This document shows, one piece after another, positions 57,401 through 64,000 of a stretch of 64,000 bases of DNA. The stretch lies in contig CAIIXF020000001.1 in the NCBI GenBank assembly GCA_903813345.2, positions 4,092,001 to 4,156,000 of the forward strand, in the 5' to 3' direction. The first letter of the stretch is position 1. Every line of letters starts with the position of its first letter. The notes below the pieces were generated by a model. It did no database searches, was not told the origin of the DNA, and worked only from the letters and a program-made list of their open reading frames with translations. The position numbers and the translations under genes were made by a program. The stretch is from Owenia fusiformis. Lineage: Eukaryota.

Positions 57401-59170
57401 AGGAAAAATACCGACTTGGGCAAGGCTAGAGAAATTCTTGTACTGATAGATCTGTCAATATGGGTGTTCAAAGGGTTATTGATGCTTCATTGTAGGCTCT
57501 GTATTCTACATTTTAAAATCTTTTCCTTGTAGATATTGATGAGTGTGCCTTGGAGATTGATGATTGTGACAGAGACACTATGTCATGTGACAACAAGCCT
57601 GGCACATACGAATGTCACTGTAATGAACAATTCAAGCAAGAGAAAAAGAACAACAAATGTCAGGGTAATTTTTGACTATGTTTCATTGACTCATATGATT
57701 TTGTACATTTTTGTTTTTTCTACATAAGTCATGAAATCTGTACAGTAAAACTTATCAAGTGGAACACTTTTGAAAGTGGAACACATCTATAAGTGAAACA
57801 CTTCTGAACATCCTGTTAAACATAACTTAACATGAAATGAACCTCTGTAAGTGGAACACCTCCTAAGTTGAACACTACTTTGAAGTGCCAAAGGTATTTC
57901 AATCACACAGGTTTTACTGTATAAGTATATGATGTTTGCAGAGAACCGTCTGTTTCCCTATGGGAAGGATGCAGGTGATTACATGGTGAATACATTTAGT
58001 GTGGCCACTAGTGAGAGGGTCTCTAATCTCATCCCAATACCACATGGTCTTCCTTTGTTTGGTGGCGATCTCATCGAGAATGTCTATGTAAGTAAGATCA
58101 TATCCATTGTCTTATCTTATCAGAGGATGTCTGTTTGCTGTCGAGTATGCTCATCCAAAAACATTGATATTGAAAAACAATAGACAACAGTTTTAAATCG
58201 AGTTAAATGGTTCAGACTGCAAATAGTTTAACACATCTGTATCAAACCTTAATAAAAAGTCACTACTCCAAGACCAATCTTTGTATTTTATGTCCTCAGT
58301 TACAATAATACAATAAATATACCTTGTTTTGGAATGCTTTCTACAGTTTAACATGCTTGTGTCTCAGGTGAGTGAGAATGGTGTGATTGTGGCCACCAGG
58401 AACAATGTGGACCAAAACAACAAGGAGACATTCAGGAATCCTGTTAACCTCAACAGCCTAGAACTAAGTGATGAAGTGGCTGCAATCATTGCACCACTCT
58501 GGGCAGATAGTGCCTCTGATGACACTGATGGTTCAAAGGTGAGTATGGGGTAGCATTGACCACTTAAAGAGATAGTCATGTAATACTGTATGTAGACCAA
58601 TTGGCTCTTACCTAAAATAACAATGAAATTTAACTGCACATATGATTTAAAAGCACTTACGAACATTTTTTCAACTGAGTTTCTATGGACCTCAGTTTGG
58701 GATTTTTGAAATATTTCTCAAAGGGAGTCCTATTTATTTATATCTCATTTTAGATTTGGATTAACACATACAGGAATACAAGTTTACCATTATTCTCAAA
58801 TGTGAATAGACTGTTTTCTGAACATGTCAACCCAGGAGTAGAAATGACATTCATCCTGAAGGTCACTTGGGAGAACATGAGACCACATTATAGATGGCAG
58901 CCTGATGAGGTAACTTCAGTTGGGTAAACATTTATTTGAGTAATACATCGAGTAATTTGAATAATACTTCATACCATAATATTAAGCAAAAACAAGTCTT
59001 TTCTTAATTTTGGCCATATTGGTAGTTTTGGGGTATATTAAAAGTTCATGAAAATTAATTTGTATGTTTCAGATGAACACATTCCAAGCCCTGCTGGCAA
59101 CTGACTACAGGAGCTCATATGTCATGTTCATCTATGATGATGGGGGTATGAACTGGAAACCCTTGTACAG
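15191..59170 (+). CDS. Gene A (3' incomplete): giant secreted or cell-surface mucin-like protein; signal peptide, about 32 CARDB-like repeats, EGF x4, TSP1, EGF x3, NIDO
   Basis: About 75-80 GT-AG exons whose translations dominate the + strand ORF track. The repeat of about 150 aa carries DL..., yLS.D..lD..D, CG..Yl.v.vD and E..E.NN...C motifs. The C-terminal modules are recognisable by Cys pattern. The last exon seen ends in a donor at 59170. Confidence 0.9.
16510..16795 (+). repeat. Degenerate tandem array (about 27 bp unit, about 10 copies) derived from an exon end and splice donor
   Basis: The exon end aagatagtttgccctgggg|gtaag recurs as aaagataatctgccctagggttagg, aaagaaagctctgctctgggggtagg, aaagatagtatgctctcaccaggggtaag and others. 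Confidence 0.75.
17075..17804. mobile_element. Non-autonomous DNA transposon with CACT...AGTG ends; TSD TATAAT (or ATAAT plus 1 nt)
   Basis: TIR CACT(G/C)CCCCCAG..TTCTG, with subterminal ccgcggaa and ttgcagaa repeats. tataat lies at 17069-17074 and 17805-17810. Confidence 0.85.
18550..18640 (+). mobile_element. 5' fragment of the Helentron/HINE-like family seen at 40277
   Basis: tcaccacca.aagtggtgacatattgtt...ggcgtctgt.acaaatt matches 40282-40371. Confidence 0.6.
22003..22079. mobile_element. Tiny degenerate TIR element
   Basis: Inverted arms gagccc(c)tt / aagggctc, flanked by the direct repeat tggtgttcaaca (21993-22004 and 22078-22089). Confidence 0.45.
24379..24854. mobile_element. hAT-like MITE with 5-bp TSD CTTGT
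   Basis: Ends CATTGGCGTCAGAAGG and CCTTCTGACACCTCTG. cttgt lies at 24374-24378 and 24855-24859. Confidence 0.75.
25063..25236. repeat. 25-bp minisatellite, about 7 copies
   Basis: The unit taatataatgacatcactgttgtgg repeats with no spacers. Confidence 0.95.
26563..26658. mobile_element. Tc1/pogo-type MITE
   Basis: ta|CAGTAAAACC...GGTTTTACTG|ta, with a TA target duplication. Confidence 0.75.
31711..31838 (+). repeat. 33-bp minisatellite (about 4 copies) derived from the adjacent exon end
   Basis: The unit ccatggagctaggcctacatgtagttaagagct resembles the exon 3' end gttaagagctctgtggagctagacttag at about 31625-31652. Confidence 0.9.
38684..38824. mobile_element. Tc1/pogo-type MITE (gtggaacac family)
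   Basis: ta|CAGTGAAACC...GGTTTTACTG|ta, with internal gtggaacac repeats. Relatives lie at about 27685-27870 and 57743-57919. Confidence 0.8.
40277..40872 (+). mobile_element. Helentron/HINE (DINE-1-like) non-autonomous element with internal tandem repeats
   Basis: 5' hairpin atgtcaccac-caaaaa-gtggtgacat; 3' ggtggtgatattttgtcatgttaatgccttgtt; internal repeats caacttgcttcaaattgacc...cagaagttcaa. No TSD. The family name is inferred from structure. Confidence 0.6.
41543..44041 (+). CDS. 2.5-kb intron-free exon of gene A encoding more than 5 CARDB-like repeats
   Basis: 837-aa ORF bounded by acceptor ttttag (41542) and donor g|gttggt (44042). Repeats end at LIKNNF, EVFEGNNI, LDNYV, ESDLTNNV and ESYAVYHPTYINC. 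Confidence 0.92.
48326..48517. mobile_element. hAT-like MITE with 5-bp TSD ATAAT
   Basis: Ends CTTGGGCGTAGCGC and GCACTATGCCTATG. ataat lies at 48321-48325 and 48518-48522. Internal atttgcaaccatctggtacgcc is the reverse complement of about 13599-13620. Confidence 0.7.
50844..51722. mobile_element. 879-bp palindromic (foldback) DNA transposon with CAC...GTG ends and 5-bp TSD TTAAT
   Basis: Two near-perfect inverted arms of about 435 bp around a 9-nt loop (tattgctcc). Ends CACCCTTGG and CCAAGGGTG. ttaat lies at 50839-50843 and 51723-51727. Confidence 0.95.
54007..57664 (+). CDS. Gene A EGF/cbEGF and thrombospondin type-1 exons
   Basis: DLLNECEVG.., DIDECDETE.., NNDECQSGDNDC.., DVIDCREDSC.., then [41 protein letters not shown] (55715-55900). 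Further EGF exons lie at about 56141, 56958 and 57533 (DIDEC motifs in the last two). Confidence 0.95.
56601..56920. mobile_element. Small element with two consecutive inverted-repeat pairs (Crypton-like non-autonomous structure)
   Basis: A 23-bp IR gttatgtcactatgacgtgaaat (56610-56632 / 56697-56719), then a second IR atgtattacatgcct (56722-56736 / 56906-56920). CpG-rich compared with the intron. The family is inferred. Confidence 0.6.
57315..57428. mobile_element. 114-bp Academ-type MITE (TAG...CTA ends, 9-bp TSD)
   Basis: TIR TAGCCTTGCCCAAGTCGGT. Perfect TSD gagaaattc at 57306-57314 and 57429-57437. Confidence 0.85.
57743..57919. mobile_element. Tc1/pogo-type MITE (gtggaacac family)
   Basis: ta|CAGTAAAAC...GTTTTACTG|ta. 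Confidence 0.75.
57942..59170 (+). CDS. Gene A NIDO domain exons (MUC4/tectorin/nidogen-type)
   Basis: NRLFPYGKDAGD...LPLFG...|VSENGVI...IIAPLWAD...|...FILKVTWENM...|MNTFQALLATDYRSSYVMFIYDDGGMNW. Confidence 0.92.
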
Positions 59171-59339
59171 GTAGGTACATGTACAGTGTCATGACAGTAA
59201 CGATCGAGATAGTTCCTCACAGTGTGTGATTGGATGATCAAAAATAATTTAATGCTCTTTGTGTTGTAGTGGAAATAGTTTTCAAGAGTAAACACATCAT
59301 TTCTGGCCATCGTCATTATTTGACGTTACCAACCAAGAG

Positions 59340-62300
59340 TTTTTTTTTTTTTTTTTCATTTCTCATTTATTCCAAATATAACATAAAATACATTACAATA
59401 TTATTGCCTACGTTTTTCAACATTGTCGGCAATATACAAAACATATAAAAATGGAAACAATGAAAATACAATAGATAAGGTACATAATATTAATGGCAGG
59501 GAATGTTAGAGGCTTTCAGGGGGGGGGGGTTAATCTAAAATATCAAGAGCCTGGCAGATGTAATGGCTAACTATATGAATAATTTGTTCATTATCAGTTA
59601 CAGTGAGATTTCTGTCTCCAAATAATAAAAATTGAATTTTTTCATGAGAGTTTAAATTTTGGAAACGATTGAAAAATCCTAAGGTTTTTAGTCCTGCTAG
59701 GAGAGTGCATCTTTCTTGTTGCAGCAGAGGGCAGTTTAATAAAAAGTGATGCGTTGTTTGTTGTATGTCACCACATACGCAGAAAGGGTCATTTACTGTC
59801 ACAAAGTTATGGGAATATAAATGTGCTTTTAGAATCAGTCCAGCTCTAAATCTATTGAACAGAATTTCAATTTTCCTTGGCATTGTCATATTCATTTTAG
59901 TAGTGGATACTCTGGAGTCAGGGCTCATATTTCCTCTTACTAACCTTTTAAATCTAGATATTGGTTGGCCTTTCCTGTCCTCATATGGTATGTCATCCCA
60001 CAGGGTCATAGCTCTGATAATGGTTGACTTTTTGAACGAATTACTGATTGGAAAGGGTATTCTATAATGCCTTGGTTGTCTTAGGGGCCGATTTGGAATA
60101 TTCTCGTATGAACTAACTAAATCACAAATGAAAGGAGGGAAACAATGGTATCTAGCCTTGAAAGCAAAAATTTTAAGATGTTCTTCTCTCCTGGAAGCTA
60201 ACGTTTTCCAGTTGAGTAATGATAAAACTTTCGATGTGTTTGAACCGTGTATTGCTCCTGACACATGGCAAGCTGCTTGATAATGAAGTCTATCCAATCA
60301 CGGAGCGGTAGGCAAACTGCGCGCCTACTATGCACGCAGTTTGGAACACTGACAAACTGCGCGCCTATTCACAAAATGACAGACAGGGAGGACACGACTC
60401 CCAAGAGGATGGAAAGTACTGGAAATACTAGGCTAGTTTTGTTGAGACAGTACCAAGATGTGGAGACTAACTTAGTTTATACGTAGCACTCGATTTTTTT
60501 CCCGATGCATATCTAGTTATCTCAAAATAAGGTTCCCAAGGAGCTTTCGTGTTAAAATTATGTAGTGTTGCGTCATATAATGTCTGTTTTTCGTAGTTTG
60601 ACGTTTATTCAGCCCTTGTGTTTGCATATTCTGAAAGATATAGGATTGCTGCACATGGTTTAAGTTATATAGGCCTAGTTTGTTTGTTAAACAGTGACAA
60701 GCCATTAACATGATTTAATTTTTTTCGCTGTCAAACTGCGTGCATACTTTCACGTGGATTACACAAACTGCGTGCCTAATATTTACAAACTGCGCGCCTA
60801 TCTTTACAAACTGCGCGCCTCATTTGCAAGCTGTGTGCAAGTTTGTTGTGTATTTTCAGAAAACGTAAACGCCACTCACTAAACCTGTCCCTATATAAAA
60901 AGAAACCAAAGTCTGACCCTAACAAAAATGTAGATAACAACGGCACATCTTCAAAAACCATGACACCCCCTTCAGAATTAAACAAGATGTTATTTTAAAA
61001 CGCACCAATGAAGAAAAGGAAACCAATCAAGAAACCAAAGAGGCGATTATTTAAAGGTACATGTACCAGTGACTCATTTGAAAAAAAACATTAAAAGACT
61101 GTGAAAACCTCTTGCCCGATGTCCTCTCAAACCTTAAAAGAAATAGTACATTGTGTCAACCCTTCCTCAATTTCTTTGGATTTATCAGGCTCGTATACTA
61201 GACATGTACTGCAGTCGGGACATTCAAGTATTACTTCCTTTGGCATATGCTATAAAATAGACTCGGAACTATTGTATCCCCAAAAATTCAAAGATTTAAG
61301 TGAAAAAGTTTTGAATTTCTGAATTTTTGCTCGTCATGCATGCATGGCCACTTATTTATGGTAACATGGGTAATAAGTTTCAAGTCGAAAGAGTGAGATT
61401 GTTGTAAACATCTTTTTCTTACTTATGTTGCTAAAACTGTGAATTTTTATAGCATTTTATAATGAGAAATTCATTGAATTCTAAGAAATTGCTTTTTGGA
61501 CTGCATCAATCAAAAATATAAATAAAAAAGGATTCAATATATATTTACACAATTTTTATGAACGAATTGTATTTATGTTGCACCATGCATCATGCACCAT
61601 GTTAGTTTGAAATAAAGTAGTAAAATAGGCACTTCGGCACTTCGATGGGGACTAGGCGGGGGCCACCTGGGTGTCTTTTAGTAGGACCCCAATAGAACAA
61701 AACCATTTTCATGAGATTTTTGAACTCAACTCTATATGATGAAGTCGAATTATTGCATCAATTTTTTATTAAATCATATAGACAAGAACAAAATAAAATA
61801 TAAATATGCACATTTCCACTGGTTGTCAACCATCAACCCAATTTTAGTTTTTGATTTATTTGAACCTTTTCAATCTCTACCTTTTCAACTTACTTACGTA
61901 CTCCCATGAAATCACATAGGCCTGCATTACTGATAAGTCATCGATAATATGCACGCAGTTTGGAAGAGTAGGCACGCAGTTTGTGATTTCTGGCTAAAAT
62001 AGGCGCGCAGTTTGTGTTTTATTACTTCTTTCTGTCATGTTCATCTGTTTTAATACGAAATATTTTGTATTGTACGGGAAAACTGGGTTGAGATTTACCT
62101 GTGGATCAAAACCCAAGTGTTTTATATTTCTGTGAAACGTGCGATATCAACTTATGTATCGGTGATCGAAAAATCGATGTCAATTTTTGGTATTAATCTG
62201 CTTATATTTTTAAACCTACGTTCATCTGGACATGCATTTCGCTATCACATGGTTGAATCATATAATCGCCACCGAATGGACGTGTTGAACTATAAAACAA

Positions 62301-64000
62301 TTCAGAATAAATGTCTTAAAATGACGTTTGAAAACACAGACTCCAACTGTTATGATGCAATGTTGATAGGCGCGCAGTTTGTCAGTCTTTCAAACTGCGT
62401 GCATAGTAGGCAAGCAGTTTGGCTACCGCACCGTGCCAATGTTAATAGTTTTGAAGTTGATGCCTTATCATATATTGTATCACAGTAGTCGAAATGTGGT
62501 AGTATAAATGAATTATATATATTCTCTAGGTATTTACTGTTTAGCATTTTAGTTAACTTTTTCAATGGTCTCATGAGAGAGATTACTCTCTCTATGAGTT
62601 GGTCAACATGTGAATTAAAGTTTAGATTTTGATCAAGTACTAAGCCCAGGTGTTTGTGTTTGGTGCAACTAGGAATCACATCTCCTCCTAGTTTTAAAGG
62701 GACTGGCTCTTGTAATAGTCTTCTATTTCCTGATACAAAGGTTAAGTCAGCACTTTTTTGTGCCTTAAAAGTCATCTTCCAAGTCATGGCCCAATTTGCC
62801 AAAATGTCAAGATCTCTTTGAAGTGGTTGGTGAATGTTTAAAATCTGATCAAAGCTGTCATGTGCACTATAAATAGATGTATCATCAGCAAAAATAAATG
62901 TTTTGGATAGGAGATCATCTGGTAAGTCATTAATGTAAATAAGAAATAGGAGGGGCCCGAGGACTGATCCTTGAGGTACACCTGCATTGATTTTATAGTT
63001 ATTTATATTGTGATCATTGTTATTATTATTGTTATTTGTTCCATTATTAAGATTTCCATAATTTTCAGAAGACCAATCAGATAAGCTGTTGTTGACTTTG
63101 GCTCGAACCCTTCTGTCTTTTAAATATGATGTCATTAGCTGTACAAAATTGAAATTACAACCATAGCCTTTAAGTTTCTGTATAAGTAATCTATGCGGGA
63201 CTAAATCAAAAGCGGCTGTTAAATCTAAAAAAGCTGAGCGGACATATTTATTATTATCTATATTTTCATGGATATTGTGAACAATGTTAATTAACTGGTT
63301 AACGGTGCTGTGCTTCGGGAGAAAACCACTCTGGAATTTGTATAAAAGGTTGTGTTGAAGCAGATGATCCAAAAGATGTTTGTGAATGATGGTTTCAAGA
63401 ACTTTCGAAAGGTTACTTAAGAGTGTTACCGGTCTATAGTTGCTGACAAGTTCCCTGTCTCCTTTTTTATAAATAGGAACAATAATACCTTCTTTCCATA
63501 TATCAGGGAAAGTGTTCTCTTCTAATATCTTATTAAATAGTTTACTGGTTGGTAAAGCAAGAGATCTGGCACATAGTTTTAACATTTTGTTATTAATTTC
63601 ATCAGGCCCTTGAGATTTAGTTGTGTCAAGGTCATGTAAAAGTTCAAAGACTTCTTCAGTCGTGGTTCTAAAATTTTGCATAGTATGTTGTGTTCTAAGT
63701 TGGAAGGGAGGAGTTTAGTCATCATTTATGTTAATTATGTTTTTTCCAACAAAGTATTTCATGAGAGCATTGGCTTTTTCATAGCTGGTACAGGCTGAAG
63801 TATTTAAAGTGGGATTTCTCAATACTGGTATTGTTGACACTTGATTTTTTCCAAGAAGTTCTTTTATCAATGACCAATAATCCACAGAATTTCTACTAAC
63901 ATATTCAATCTTATTAACTAGTTTTCTTTCATAATCAGATTTAGCTTCTTCTATTAACTGCTTTACTAATTGATTTTGTGTTTTGAACTTGTCTCTATAG
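59340..64000 (-). mobile_element. Non-LTR retrotransposon (CR1/L2 group LINE), 3' part, antisense in an intron of gene A; ORF2 split by a DNA transposon
   Basis: RT motifs NYRPVTLLS, QSGF, FLDLTAAFD, GVPQGSVLGPLLFLIYINDL, FADD, KHLG. C-terminal CxC...HFLLNC. AATAAA plus poly(A) tail at 59340-59371. In-frame TAA at 63715-63717. Confidence 0.95.
60299..62435. mobile_element. 2,137-bp non-autonomous DNA transposon with 70-bp TIRs, CACGG(A/T)G termini and 5-bp TSD CCAAT (Transib/RAG-like signature)
   Basis: TIRs have 6 mismatches in 70 bp. ccaat lies at 60294-60298 and 62436-62440. Removing the element restores the LINE frame. Subterminal AAACTGCG(C/T)GC repeats at about 60730-60820, inverted at about 61950-62012. 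Confidence 0.93.

Noticed and set aside
15622-59316. Many 60-120 aa minus-strand and off-frame ORFs as separate genes
   Set aside because: They are antisense shadows of gene A exons or AT-rich intron noise, with no coherent splice chain.
60299-60345. Complete recombination signal sequence (12/23 RSS)
   Set aside because: Only the heptamer-like end is present. There is no ACAAAAACC-like nonamer at either spacing.
62350-62435. C-terminus ARCGSQTACLLCTQF... of the 443-aa RT ORF as a real Cys motif
   Set aside because: It is read-through into the inserted element's TIR. The same peptide appears in the 60265 ORF from the other TIR.

Overview
AT-rich, intron-rich animal genomic DNA, not prokaryotic; a marine invertebrate such as an echinoderm or hemichordate is inferred. 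The window holds three genes, all reconstructed by eye from GT-AG junctions and reading phase, so exon coordinates are approximate. (C) The last four exons of a + strand gene, ending at 1087. (B) A minus-strand secreted protein of about 770 aa with about 5 CARDB-like repeats. (A) Head-to-head with B, a giant + strand paralogue with about 75-80 exons and more than 5,000 aa. A runs signal peptide, about 32 Cys-containing CARDB-like repeats, 4 EGF, TSP1, 3 EGF, NIDO, and continues past the right edge. B and A share a putative bidirectional promoter near 11.1-11.5 kb. Introns carry a young CR1/L2-group LINE and many non-autonomous DNA transposons. Seven of these have CA...TG-type ends and 5-bp target duplications (one could be 6 bp, one has a mismatch). 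Four of the seven have Transib/RAG-like CAC...GTG termini, including one that splits the LINE ORF precisely and one that is an 879-bp near-perfect palindrome.
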